Origin: Candidatus Lustribacter sp. | GTDB lineage: Bacteria; Vulcanimicrobiota; Vulcanimicrobiia; Vulcanimicrobiales; Vulcanimicrobiaceae | NCBI GenBank assembly: GCA_965277805.1 | Contig: OZ255842.1 | Coordinates: 416,001 to 480,000 of the forward strand | Direction of reading: 5' to 3' | Length of the DNA: 64,000 bases | Position numbers and translations under genes: made by a program | Shown: positions 31,087 through 40,736 of the stretch, in pieces | Position numbering within the stretch: the stretch's first letter is position 1 | Layout of the letters: each line of letters starts with the position of its first letter | Notes under the pieces: generated by a model | Database searches by the model: none | Seen by the model: only the letters and a program-made list of their open reading frames with translations | What the model was told of the DNA's origin: nothing

Positions 31087-31845
31087 TCAGCGTACCGTCA
31101 TTCCGCCATCGACACGATAGTTTGCGCCGGTTATGAACTTGCCGCGATCCGACGCGAGTAACGCAACGACTTCAGCGACGTCCTCGGTGCCGCCGAGACG
31201 GGCCAGCGGAATATTGCGAACCCAGTCATCGGAAGAAAATCCTGGAGTCGTCTTGGCAAACTCGGCGGACCCCGGCGTCGCGATGACGCCGGGCGACACG
31301 ACGTTCACACGGATCCCGCTCGGCGCAAGTTCCGTCGCGAGTGTGCGGGAGTAGTACTCGAGCGCAGCCTTTGCGGCGCCATAGTGCACAGAGGGCGCAA
31401 ACGGGATCGTCGCTGCCGCCGAAGAGATGTTTACGACGGCTGCAGCCTTCGACGCACGAAGCGCCGGGAGAAGGGCGTTCGTAAGGCGGATTGCGGCGAA
31501 AAGGTTGAGCGCGAAGCTCTCATTCCAGGCCGTCTCGGGTATCGTCCACGATCCACCGAGGAACGCGCCTCCACCGCCCGCATTGTTCACGAGAATGTCG
31601 AGACCGCCAACCGCCGCAAGCGCCTGCTTCGCGATTGCGTCCACGCCCTCGATCGTCGTGACATCGCCGGAAACGAACGTCGCCCCCGCGGGTGTTTCGT
31701 CGTTACGCGAACGCGCGGCGACGACGACTTTTGCGCCGGCATCAAGCAGGCGCTGCGTGATGGCGGCGCCGATGCCTTTGGTGCCGCCGGTGACGAGTGC
31801 GCGGCGACCGATGAGTTCTTTCGAGAGATCAAGTTTATTTGCCAT
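31087..31845 (-). CDS. Short-chain dehydrogenase/reductase
   Basis: TGGTKGIG, LVNNAG, YGAAK, IRVNVVSPG, VDGG. Confidence 0.94.
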   Translation of the reverse strand: MANKLDLSKELIGRRALVTGGTKGIGAAITQRLLDAGAKVVVAARSRNDETPAGATFVSGDVTTIEGVDAIAKQALAAVGGLDILVNNAGGGGAFLGGSWTIPETAWNESFALNLFAAIRLTNALLPALRASKAAAVVNISSAAATIPFAPSVHYGAAKAALEYYSRTLATELAPSGIRVNVVSPGVIATPGSAEFAKTTPGFSSDDWVRNIPLARLGGTEDVAEVVALLASDRGKFITGANYRVDGGMTVR

Positions 31846-31890
31846 GGGATATTCCTACGAAGATGCGTCCACCTAGACGATTGTAGATTC

Positions 31891-31909
31891 ACGACACGCG
31901 TCGTATAAT
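31891..31909. promoter_or_regulatory. Palindrome ACGAC-ACGC-GTCGT abutting TATAAT; candidate TetR operator and -10 box
   Basis: Between divergent SDR and TetR genes. Confidence 0.5.
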
Positions 31910-31961
31910 CGAGCTATGTCGCATATGATACGGCCGTCCGAACCGCCGGTCAACCAACAAA

Positions 31962-31978
31962 CTGGCACGAATGTTGCT
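31962..31978 (+). promoter_or_regulatory. Sigma-54 (-24/-12) promoter consensus
   Basis: CTGGCACGAATGTTGCT matches YTGGCACGNNNNTTGCW exactly, about 23 nt before the TetR start. Confidence 0.6.
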
Positions 31979-32001
31979 TATCTGGCGAAACTGAGAGATT
32001 G

Positions 32002-32559
32002 ATGCTTAGCGGTGCACCACGCTCGTCTCGCGTCGATCCGCGGGTAACCCGGACGCGCAAGCTCATCCGGGACGCGCTGACGGCGCTTATCGGTGAAAAG
32101 AGTTTCGAAGCAATCACCGTGCAGGACATCGCAGAACGCGCTACGATCAATCGCGCGACGTTCTATGCCCACTATACGGATAAGTTCGCTCTGCTTGATG
32201 CTTTGGTTCGGGAAGACTTCACGGCCCGTCTAGCCGAGGGTGATCCGCTGAAGATTCGAAGCGTTCAGCCGATGTTGCTGGCGGTGGGCAGCAACGTCTT
32301 CGCCTACGTCGCGTCGAAGAAGAAATGTCGAATCGACCGCGATTTTGAGTCGCAGGTTCAACGAACTATGGACACGGCGCTAACCGGCTTCTTGTCACCC
32401 GCCTTCGGGCAACGCACGGCGATGATGATCGCGTCGGCGTTCGCCGCCGCCGCAATGAATTGGCGCCATCAGTCGCCGAAATCGCCGACGGAACCAATCG
32501 TAGCGGATATCGTTCAGATTCTCGTGGACGGCGTGAAAACGCGTCGGCTCTCGGTTTAG
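32002..32559 (+). CDS. TetR family regulator
   Basis: DPRVTRTRKLIRDA, ITVQDIAERATINRATFYAHY. Confidence 0.93.
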   Translation: MLSGAPRSSRVDPRVTRTRKLIRDALTALIGEKSFEAITVQDIAERATINRATFYAHYTDKFALLDALVREDFTARLAEGDPLKIRSVQPMLLAVGSNVFAYVASKKKCRIDRDFESQVQRTMDTALTGFLSPAFGQRTAMMIASAFAAAAMNWRHQSPKSPTEPIVADIVQILVDGVKTRRLSV

Positions 32560-32624
32560 ATGCGGGCGGTCGCTGCTCTGAAGAAGAACGGTGAGTCAAT
32601 CGCTGATAGCGGCGATTGGGGCGG

Positions 32625-32648
32625 CCCTTCGACAAGCTCAGGGTGACA
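32625..32648 (+). repeat. REP-like element CCCTTCGACAAGCTCAGGGTGACA
   Basis: Near-identical to 42705-42727; its last A is the A of the MFS ATG. Confidence 0.7.
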
Positions 32649-33856
32649 TGAGAGAGAAGCCACGGAATCTGCTGTTGTTCTTCATTGCTTTTCTCACGGG
32701 CGATGGGGCGGCGCAGATTCAGCAAGTTGCGGTCGCCTGGACGGTTTACAGCGTCCACCATCGTGCGTTCGATCTCGGTCTTGTCGGCATCGTGTCGTTT
32801 CTGCCGTCGTTGCTGCTGGTGTTCGTCGCGGGTCAGGCCGCCGATCGCTACGACCGCAAGGGGATCATCATCGCGGCGGCCGTGGTCGAGGCGCTCACCT
32901 CGCTCGTCCTCGCGGGCCTCGTGTTCGCTGGCGTCCGCGATCTCGCGATCATGCTGGGCGTGCTGTTCGTGCTCGGTATCGGGCGTGCGTTCGGCTCGCC
33001 GGCAGAGTCGACCGTGCTGATCAGTATGGTGCCGACCGAGGAATATCTCAGCGTTCAGGCGCGCTACAACTCGTTTCGCGAGGTGGTCGGGATGGCGGGC
33101 CCCGTCATCGGCGGCGCGCTAGTGGCGTTCTCCGACATCACCGCGTTCGTCGGCGCGGCCGTGCTCATGCTGATCTCGGTTGCCGCGTTTGCGTTCGTTC
33201 ACGTTCGCGCAGTCGTGCGCGAGCCGGGCAAGGAACTCGATCCGGGCAAGGCGCTCGACGGGCTGCGCTTCATCGCTTCGCGGCCGATCGTGCTCGGCGC
33301 GATCTCGCTCGATCTGTTCGCCGTGCTCTTCGGCGGCGCGAGCGCGCTGTTGCCGATTTTCGCCGATCAGGTGCTGCACGTCGGCGCCTTCGGCTTCGGC
33401 ATGCTGCGCGCTGCGGGCGGCATCGGCGCGTTCGCGATGGCGGTGTTACTCTCGCATCGTTCGCCCAGCCGGCACGTCGGCCGCACGCTGCTGCTCAACG
33501 TCGCCGCCTACGGCCTCGCGATGCTCGTCTTCGCGTACTCGCGCGACCTCTGGCTCTCGATCGCGGCGCTGGCCATTGGGGGCGCGTTCGACATGGTCAG
33601 CGTCGTCATTCGCCGGGGACTGATCGGCTTGAACACACCCGATGCGATGCGGGGCCGCGTCTATTCGGTCGAGGGCGTCTTCATCGGCGGCTCGTATCAA
33701 CTCGGCGCCTTCGAATCTGGGACGCTCGCGCAGTTCATCGGGCCGGTCGCGTCGGTCGCGGTCGGCGGGGCAGCGACGCTAGCGATCGTCGCTATCTGGG
33801 CCGGACTGTTCCCGGCATTGCGCCGCAGCGACCGGCTGGCCGACGAGTCATTGTAA
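32648..33856 (+). CDS. MFS transporter (DHA3/EntS-like)
   Basis: About 12 TM; GQAADRYDRK, SLDLFAVLFGG, TPDAMRGRV, LGAFESG. Confidence 0.9.
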   Translation: MREKPRNLLLFFIAFLTGDGAAQIQQVAVAWTVYSVHHRAFDLGLVGIVSFLPSLLLVFVAGQAADRYDRKGIIIAAAVVEALTSLVLAGLVFAGVRDLAIMLGVLFVLGIGRAFGSPAESTVLISMVPTEEYLSVQARYNSFREVVGMAGPVIGGALVAFSDITAFVGAAVLMLISVAAFAFVHVRAVVREPGKELDPGKALDGLRFIASRPIVLGAISLDLFAVLFGGASALLPIFADQVLHVGAFGFGMLRAAGGIGAFAMAVLLSHRSPSRHVGRTLLLNVAAYGLAMLVFAYSRDLWLSIAALAIGGAFDMVSVVIRRGLIGLNTPDAMRGRVYSVEGVFIGGSYQLGAFESGTLAQFIGPVASVAVGGAATLAIVAIWAGLFPALRRSDRLADESL

Positions 33857-33944
33857 CGGCTCCGCGAAGCCTTAGCGAAGCTTCCGCATACCTACGACTA
33901 AAGTCGCGTTTTTGGCTGTTCCGGCGGCCGATGCTGTATCTATC

Positions 33945-34148
33945 ATGTATCTTCCGCCTCCCGACCGCGGCCGCGTCGACCGCGTCACGTGCCAACATTG
34001 CGGCCATCCCGTGTGGGATCACGAGGCCGGCGACGTGTGTACCGAGTGCGACCGCGGCGACGCCTCGAGCGCCTGCGGCCTCTTCTCGCTCTACGGCTTC
34101 GCGCAATTGCCTGCGACCGGAATCGAAGACCGCCCATTTCAACACTAG
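33945..34148 (+). CDS. 67-aa Cys/His micro-protein, putative Zn finger (paralog B)
   Basis: DRVTCQHCGHPVWDH...CTEC...ACGLFSLYGF. Confidence 0.75.
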   Translation: MYLPPPDRGRVDRVTCQHCGHPVWDHEAGDVCTECDRGDASSACGLFSLYGFAQLPATGIEDRPFQH

Positions 34149-34213
34149 CGCCAATCTGTGAAGCGGAACGGAAAGGCGTTCCGCCAGATCGGCGAGCATA
34201 TTATCTTCGTCGC

Positions 34214-35776
34214 ATGGATGCCGTATCGGCTCTTCTTCGGGCCGCGATTCGCATCGCGGGTGCCTCTGCCGCGATCGTCGCTTACGACGACGATCACCGG
34301 CCCGTTGCCTTCACTGGGTGCAGTCAGGGCGCCGCTGCGCTAGCATTGCGCGACGGTAGCGGCGCGTACATCGACTGCCGTACGCCGGTCACCCCGATGA
34401 CGCTCGTGCTGCTCGAACCCGCGCGCACAACCGCCGGCGATGCCGCGTTAATGGCGCTGGCGAACGAACTCGGGCACGCGGTGCTCGAAAGCCAATCCGT
34501 GTTCGACGGTGACTTGGCTGCTCTCTCGGCGAGCATCGAAACGCTTGCCGATCCGGTGGCCGTCTTCCATCCGCCGGTACCGGGGGAAGAAGTCGCGCGC
34601 TTCGCGTGCGTCAACGGCGCCTTCGAGCGGCTCTTCGGCTACGCGTCGCGCGATCTCGCCGGGCTGACGGAAGATCTGCTCTACATGGAGTCGACCTCCA
34701 TGGAAAACGTGATGCACATGCGCGACCGGCTGGCCGCCGGCGATCCGGTGCGCGGGATCCTCGAGTTGCAAACGCGCGAGAGCCTGCCGCTCTGGATCGA
34801 GATGACCTCGCGCGTCGCTTACGATTCGACCGAGCATCCCACGTACTATGTGTCGACGCTGCGCGACATCTCGGCGCGCAAAGAGTTTGAGGCTGCCGTT
34901 GCGGCGGAGAAGCTGCGGCTGAGCGTCACGCTCAAGGCGATCGGCGACGCCGTGATCACGGCCTTACCGGACGGCCGCATCGATTTCATCAACGCCGCGG
35001 CGCAGCGGCTGCTCAACGTTGCCTTCTCCGAGGCCTACGGCATGCCGTTGCGCTCGATCGTCGACTTGCGTGACGAGCAGGACGCGCCGTGCGAGATCCA
35101 TCTCGATCCGTCCGGCGAGGTGCGGGGCGAAGGCTTGCTCTACGGGCCCGAACGCAACACGCAGATCGCGTTCGTCAGCTCGCCCATGTGCGGCGTGCTC
35201 AATCCGCGCGTGCCGTTCGGCTACGTGATCGTGCTGCGCGACGTCACCGCGCAAGTGCGCCTGACGCGGCGTCTCGCCTACGAGGCGAGTCACGATTCGC
35301 TCACGCGGCTGCCCAACCGCCGCCGCTTCGAAGAGATGATCGAGGGCGCGCTGGTCAGTGCACGGCACAGCACCGCCGTGCACACGGTTGCGTTCATCGA
35401 CCTCGATCGTTTCAAACAAGTCAACGACTCGTTCGGCCACGAGACCGGCGATCGATTGCTGCGCGACGTCGCACACCGCATGTCGCTCAACGTGCGCGGC
35501 AACGATATTCTCGCGCGCCTCGGCGGCGATGAGTTCGCGATGTTGCTGCACGAATGCACGCCCGCTCAGGCCGAACGCGTCGTCGAGAAGATTCGCCAAT
35601 CGGTGGAATCGCTGCCGGTAGTCTACAACGGCAAGACGATCGTTCTCAGCGCGAGCATTGGGCTAGCGGCGCTCGATCACCGGTCCGTCAGCGCGGCCGC
35701 GGTGATGGCCGAAGCCGACAAGGCTTGCTACGAAGCGAAGGCGCGCAGCCACGGAGCGCCCGCTCCGGAACCTTAA
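34214..35776 (+). CDS. PAS-PAS diguanylate cyclase
   Basis: Two PAS-like domains; HDSLT.LPNR, DLDRFKQVNDSFGH, intact ARLGGDEF. Confidence 0.92.
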   Translation: MDAVSALLRAAIRIAGASAAIVAYDDDHRPVAFTGCSQGAAALALRDGSGAYIDCRTPVTPMTLVLLEPARTTAGDAALMALANELGHAVLESQSVFDGDLAALSASIETLADPVAVFHPPVPGEEVARFACVNGAFERLFGYASRDLAGLTEDLLYMESTSMENVMHMRDRLAAGDPVRGILELQTRESLPLWIEMTSRVAYDSTEHPTYYVSTLRDISARKEFEAAVAAEKLRLSVTLKAIGDAVITALPDGRIDFINAAAQRLLNVAFSEAYGMPLRSIVDLRDEQDAPCEIHLDPSGEVRGEGLLYGPERNTQIAFVSSPMCGVLNPRVPFGYVIVLRDVTAQVRLTRRLAYEASHDSLTRLPNRRRFEEMIEGALVSARHSTAVHTVAFIDLDRFKQVNDSFGHETGDRLLRDVAHRMSLNVRGNDILARLGGDEFAMLLHECTPAQAERVVEKIRQSVESLPVVYNGKTIVLSASIGLAALDHRSVSAAAVMAEADKACYEAKARSHGAPAPEP

Positions 35777-35829
35777 ACATAGGCGGCTTGGGCGCAGCCC
35801 AAACGCAACGGATTCGACGAGGTCGAATC

Positions 35830-36687
35830 CTAGTGTCCGGCGCCGACGCTGGCGGCGAACAGAATTCCGAAAACGAGTTCGAGCCGGCCCGTGTCGATCA
35901 GTGCCGGCACGAGTGCGCGGCCGGTGGCACCACTGCGAACGGCCTGCACGGGCCGGATGGCGATCGCCGCGGCCACGAACGCGAGCAATGCCCATGGGCG
36001 CAAGACGACCACCGCTAACGTCGCCAGCGCGGCGGCGGCGAGCAGCGCGAGATAGAGCTGACGCGTGGGGCCGTCACCCATCTTGACGGCAAGCGTGCGT
36101 TTGCCGTTGGCCGCATCGCCGGGAATGTCGCGCAGGTTGTTGACGACGAGCAGCGCCGTCGTGAGCGAACCGACCGCAAGCGATGCGAGCACGGACACGA
36201 CCGTGAACGAGCCATGCTGCACGTACGTCGACCCGAGCGTGCCGACGAAGCCGAAGAAGATGAAACAGACGACTTCGCCCATGCCGTTGTAGCCGTACGG
36301 CTTCGCGCCGCCGGTGTAGAACCACGCCGCGGCGATTGCCGCGAAGCCGACGGCGATCAGCCAGGGATCGACTTGCAGCGAGAGCACGATGCCGGCGATG
36401 GTTGCGACGCCGAACGAGATCCACGCGGCGCGCAGCACCGTGGCCGGCGTTGCAAGCCCGGAGGCGACGAGACGTTGCGGTCCGGTGCGGTTCTTATCGG
36501 TTCCGCGAATCCCGTCGCTGTAGTCGTTGGCGAAATTGCAGCCGATCTGTATCGCGAGCGCGACGATCGCTGCGAGCGCAGCGCGGCCGAAATGATACGG
36601 CATGCCTGCCGCAGCCGTGCCGATCAACACCGGTACGATCGACGCGGGCAACGTCGGCAGGCGTGCTCCCGCGATCCATTTCTTCAT
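35830..36687 (-). CDS. menA: 1,4-dihydroxy-2-naphthoate polyprenyltransferase
   Basis: AR..TLP, NFANDYSD..RGTD, YTGG.KPYGY.G.GE, NNLRD..GD...GKRTLAV. Confidence 0.93.
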   Translation of the reverse strand: MKKWIAGARLPTLPASIVPVLIGTAAAGMPYHFGRAALAAIVALAIQIGCNFANDYSDGIRGTDKNRTGPQRLVASGLATPATVLRAAWISFGVATIAGIVLSLQVDPWLIAVGFAAIAAAWFYTGGAKPYGYNGMGEVVCFIFFGFVGTLGSTYVQHGSFTVVSVLASLAVGSLTTALLVVNNLRDIPGDAANGKRTLAVKMGDGPTRQLYLALLAAAALATLAVVVLRPWALLAFVAAAIAIRPVQAVRSGATGRALVPALIDTGRLELVFGILFAASVGAGH

Positions 36688-36705
36688 CGTCTGCTGCGAA
36701 TCGGA

Positions 36706-37269
36706 TTAGGTCGAGGTCGGCGTGGGGCTCGGGCTCGGAATGTCCGTCGTGCCGGTCGTGAAGGCGCCCTCCGCGATTCCCGTCCCGCAGCTCGTGTTTG
36801 CGAGGTAGATGGTGAATGTCGTCGCCGTCGCCGAGAAGTTTCCGATCGATGCGGTTTCGTAGATCGGGTTGGTCACGATCGGCGGCGCTGACGGCGTGGG
36901 AAGCGGCGTCGGGGTCGAGCCGGCGGTCGAACCCGGTGCGGGTCCCGGGGTCGCTAGGAACGCGATCGAATTCGTGTTCTGCGTCGATCCGAACGAAGAC
37001 GTCGCGTACATATACCAATTCGTCGGCAGCGGGTTCGGCGAGACCGCGAACACGACGCCTTGCGTGTTCGGCGCCTGCGACTGCGACGGGATTGGGAAAA
37101 CCATCTGCACCGTCTCGCCGCTGGGCAGCACGCACTGGCCGGTCGCGCTCGGCAACGGGGTCGGAGTGCTGTTGGTGTTGGGGTTGTAGGCGTTGGTCCC
37201 CGAACAGCCCGCGGCGATCACGGAAGCGAGCGCAATGGCAATTAAAGGCAGGACGACGGTTTTTCTCAT
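36706..37269 (-). CDS. Pro/Thr-rich lipoprotein, unknown function
   Basis: MRK + hydrophobic stretch + IAAGC lipobox; PTP repeats. Confidence 0.7.
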   Translation of the reverse strand: MRKTVVLPLIAIALASVIAAGCSGTNAYNPNTNSTPTPLPSATGQCVLPSGETVQMVFPIPSQSQAPNTQGVVFAVSPNPLPTNWYMYATSSFGSTQNTNSIAFLATPGPAPGSTAGSTPTPLPTPSAPPIVTNPIYETASIGNFSATATTFTIYLANTSCGTGIAEGAFTTGTTDIPSPSPTPTST

Positions 37270-37892
37270 GCTCGCCCGATGATACGCCGCGGGTCATGGA
37301 GTTCTCTGCGAGCTTGGTAGATGAGACCGAATCCAACGTCGCCGATCAGCTCGAATCGCGGGTGGGCGTCGATCGTGGCCCGCTCGAGCGGCGTATGGTA
37401 GAGGATGACGACCTCGCGGCGCCCGTCGGCCCCGAGCCGGTCCAGCATCGGCGCCAGCACCGCTGCGCTGAATGGGTTGTAGAGGTAGACGACCAGGTTG
37501 CCGCGCGGAAACCGGAACGTGGCCGCGTCGGCGCGCACGAGGCGAATGTCTTTGCACAGCAGCTCGCCGCGGTAGGCCGCGCGGTTGTCCTTCGCGATCT
37601 CGACCAGCGCCGGCGAGATCTCGAGGCCGACGATCTGGCGGTAGGGCCGCCGCGCCGCATGGAGCACGACACGCCCGAGGCCCGCGCCCACGTCGACCAG
37701 CGTGGCGCGTTCGGGCGCCAGCGGCACGGCATCGAGCAGACGGTCGAGGTCGGCGATCGGCGTCGGTTCGTAGTGGGTGGCGAACGCGAGGCTCGGCCCG
37801 ATCGCCTCGGGGTCGAGTTCGCCGAGGAAAATCAGCGCCTCGGTCGTGATCCCGTGCTCGGCATCAAAACGTTGCCCCGCGCGGCGGCTCAG
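37266..37892 (-). CDS. Class I SAM-dependent methyltransferase, probable CTG start
   Basis: FDAEHGITT...HYEPTP, VDVGAGLGRV, GLEIS, YLYNPF; frame open 55 codons upstream of the tracked GTG to a CTGA overlap. Confidence 0.8.
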   Translation of the reverse strand: MSRRAGQRFDAEHGITTEALIFLGELDPEAIGPSLAFATHYEPTPIADLDRLLDAVPLAPERATLVDVGAGLGRVVLHAARRPYRQIVGLEISPALVEIAKDNRAAYRGELLCKDIRLVRADAATFRFPRGNLVVYLYNPFSAAVLAPMLDRLGADGRREVVILYHTPLERATIDAHPRFELIGDVGFGLIYQARRELHDPRRIIGRA

Positions 37893-38875
37893 TGGACGAG
37901 CGCGCTCGCGAGCGTCAGTTCCACGCCGTCGGCCGCAGCCCGCGGTGCGACGCTGCGTACGGCGGCCAGCGTCGCGGCGCGCGGATGCCCAATCGCGATC
38001 GCGCTGCCGGTGTTGCGCGCGTCGGAGATCGCTTCGAGCAAACGCGCTTCTACCGCCGGCTCGCTGTCGACGTTGTCGAGAAAGACGCTGCGGCTCGCAG
38101 TCAACACGCCGCGTTCGTGCGCCACCGATTGGCCGACGCTGGCGCTGCTGGTGCGTGAATCGATGAAGTAGCGCCCGTCTTGCGCCAACACGTCGGCGAT
38201 GTCGCCCATCACGCGCGCATCCTGCGTTGCAAGGCTGCCCTCATGATTGTTCACGCCGCGCGCTTGCGGTAATTCGGCTAGATCGCCGGCGACCTCGCTG
38301 CGGATCGCCGCGTCCGACATCGTGGTGGTGATCGTTCCCGGGCCCGGATAGCGGCCGGAGATCGTTTGCATCGGAAGATGCAGCATCACGCCCTGACCGG
38401 CGGCGCTCGCATCGCGCGCGATCGCGCTGCCGAAGCGGACGTGCGGCAACACCGAGAGCGTCACGGGAAACGGGAGTGCGACGAAGGCTCGCTCGGTGTC
38501 CGGCCACTGACCGCAGTCATCGATGATGATCGCGAGCCGCGCGCCGCTCTTGCCCGCCGCGTGGGTCGCGATGGGAGCGGCCGTTGCAAGTAGAGCGACC
38601 GGCGACGGCGTGCCCGGCACCGGCGTGCCGGCGTACTTCGGCTCCTCGCTCGCCGCTTCGGTCGTTGTCGCGACGGGCGGCGGCGCAGTTGCGGCCGGAA
38701 TGGCCGGAGCAGCCGGAGCGGCCGGCGGCGGGGTTGCTCGCGCGGTTTGCGGCGTCCCGTCGGGAGCCCACAACCAGATCGCTGCGGCGATCGCGACGCA
38801 CCCGAACCCGAGCAGAAAGAGCAGTAAGAAGGCCGGCGACCGTTTGCGACGTCGCGATTTTCTCCGGGTGGGCAC
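37889..38875 (-). CDS. Divergent polysaccharide deacetylase (YibQ-like), membrane anchored
   Basis: AIIIDDCG, LHLPM, GVNNHEGS, FIDSRT, VFLDN, AIAIGHP; basic N-terminus, TM, Pro linker. Confidence 0.88.
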   Translation of the reverse strand: MPTRRKSRRRKRSPAFLLLFLLGFGCVAIAAAIWLWAPDGTPQTARATPPPAAPAAPAIPAATAPPPVATTTEAASEEPKYAGTPVPGTPSPVALLATAAPIATHAAGKSGARLAIIIDDCGQWPDTERAFVALPFPVTLSVLPHVRFGSAIARDASAAGQGVMLHLPMQTISGRYPGPGTITTTMSDAAIRSEVAGDLAELPQARGVNNHEGSLATQDARVMGDIADVLAQDGRYFIDSRTSSASVGQSVAHERGVLTASRSVFLDNVDSEPAVEARLLEAISDARNTGSAIAIGHPRAATLAAVRSVAPRAAADGVELTLASALVH

Positions 38876-38915
38876 GTTGCTAGTCTTTCGCCACCGGTTG
38901 CGAAGAGTATTCCTC

Positions 38916-40736
38916 ATGGCAACCTATCGTGCTCCGCTGCGCGACATGGCGTTCGTCTTGCGCGAACTCGCCGGCATCGACGAAATTGCGACGTTTCCGG
39001 GTTTTGAAGAAGCCGCCGGCGTGCTCGATCCGGTGCTCGCCGAGGCCGCCACCTTTGCAGCGGAAGTGCTGGATCCGCTCAACGCATCGGGCGATCGCGC
39101 CGGCTGCACGTGGAACGATGGCGCGGTCACGACGCCGCCCGGATTCAAAGCCGCCTACCAGCAGTTCGCACAGGCCGGCTGGATCGGATTGCCGGTTGCT
39201 GCCGAGCACGGCGGACAAGGCTTACCGCAGGTGCTGCTCGGCGCGGTGCTCGAGATGTGGAACGGCGCGAACGTCGGCTTCGCCAACGGTCCGCTGCTCA
39301 ATCAAGGCGCGATCGAGGCGATCGAACTCGTCGGGAGCGCGGAGCAGAAACAGACCTACATCCCGCGGCTCGTCTCGGGCGAGTGGATGGGCACGATGTG
39401 CCTCACCGAAGCGCAAGCCGGTTCCGATTTGGCCGCGGTGCGCACGAAAGCCGTGCCCAACGGCGACCACTACGCGATTAGCGGGCAGAAGATTTTCATC
39501 ACGTTCGGCGAGCACGACCTCACACCGAACATCATGCACCTCGTGCTCGCGCGTTTGCCCGACGCGCCCGAGGGCACGAAGGGCATCTCGATGTTCATCG
39601 TGCCGAAGATGCTGATCGACGCCGGCGGCACGCTCGGCGAACGCAACGACGTCCACTGCGCGGGCATCGAGCACAAGCTCGGCCTCAACGCGAACCCTAC
39701 GTGCACGCTGAACTATGGTGAGAAGACCGGCGGCGCAACCGGATATCTGCTCGGCGAACCCAATCGCGGCCTCGAGTACATGTTCATCATGATGAACGTG
39801 GCGCGCTTCGCGGTCGGGGTGCAGGCGATCGGGATCGCCGACCGCGCGTATCAGAGCGCGTTGACATACGCCAAGGAACGCATCCAAAGCCGCGACGCAG
39901 CGGCGCGCACGCCGGAGCCCGTCGCGATCATCCGTCATCCCGACGTGCGGCGCATGCTGATGTCGATGAAGGCGCAGATCGAAGCGATGCGCGCGCTGGC
40001 ATATGTCACCGCCGGCGCGCTCGATACGGCGCACAAGTCACCCGACGAGGCGACGCGCAAACGGTGCAAGGCGTTTGCCGAGTTCATGATTCCGATCGTC
40101 AAGGGCTGGTGCAGCGAAACGGCGACCGAACTGTGCTCGACGGCCGTGCAGGTCTTCGGCGGTATGGGCTACATCGAAGAGACCGGCATCGCGCAGCAGT
40201 ACCGCGACATCAAGATCGCCTCGATCTACGAGGGCACGACCGGCATTCAAGCCCTCGACCTCGTCGGCCGTAAGCTGATCCGCGACATGGGCACGACCGC
40301 GACCAAGATCGTCAAAGAGATCGCTGCGTTCACGCAAACGCTCGAGGGCGATGACCCCGACATCATCGCGATCAAGGCCGAACTCGAGAAAGCGGTCAAA
40401 GCCCTCGGCGATGCGTCGAGCCGGCTCGGCATGAACGCGATGAGCGACCTCAACCTCGCGTTCGCCGCGTCGGTGCCGTACTTGAAACTCTGGGGCATCG
40501 TCGCGGGCGGCTGGCAGATGGCACGCGCCGCACAGATCGCGGCCGCGCACCTCGCCGCGGGCGATTCCGAAGCGGAGTTCTATCGCGCCAAGCTGACGAC
40601 CGCGCGTTTCTACGCGGATCACGTGCTGAGTCAAGCCGGCTGGCTGCAACATCAGGTCGTCTACGGCGCGGCATCCGTCATGCGCCTCACCGACGAAGGC
40701 TACGATCTGGATCGCCGCGCGCTCGCGCAACGATGA
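38916..40736 (+). CDS. Acyl-CoA dehydrogenase
   Basis: YRAPLRDM, GTMCLTE..AGSDL, GQKIFIT, IEHKLG, QVFGGMGYIEE, IYEGTTGIQA. Confidence 0.94.
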   Translation: MATYRAPLRDMAFVLRELAGIDEIATFPGFEEAAGVLDPVLAEAATFAAEVLDPLNASGDRAGCTWNDGAVTTPPGFKAAYQQFAQAGWIGLPVAAEHGGQGLPQVLLGAVLEMWNGANVGFANGPLLNQGAIEAIELVGSAEQKQTYIPRLVSGEWMGTMCLTEAQAGSDLAAVRTKAVPNGDHYAISGQKIFITFGEHDLTPNIMHLVLARLPDAPEGTKGISMFIVPKMLIDAGGTLGERNDVHCAGIEHKLGLNANPTCTLNYGEKTGGATGYLLGEPNRGLEYMFIMMNVARFAVGVQAIGIADRAYQSALTYAKERIQSRDAAARTPEPVAIIRHPDVRRMLMSMKAQIEAMRALAYVTAGALDTAHKSPDEATRKRCKAFAEFMIPIVKGWCSETATELCSTAVQVFGGMGYIEETGIAQQYRDIKIASIYEGTTGIQALDLVGRKLIRDMGTTATKIVKEIAAFTQTLEGDDPDIIAIKAELEKAVKALGDASSRLGMNAMSDLNLAFAASVPYLKLWGIVAGGWQMARAAQIAAAHLAAGDSEAEFYRAKLTTARFYADHVLSQAGWLQHQVVYGAASVMRLTDEGYDLDRRALAQR

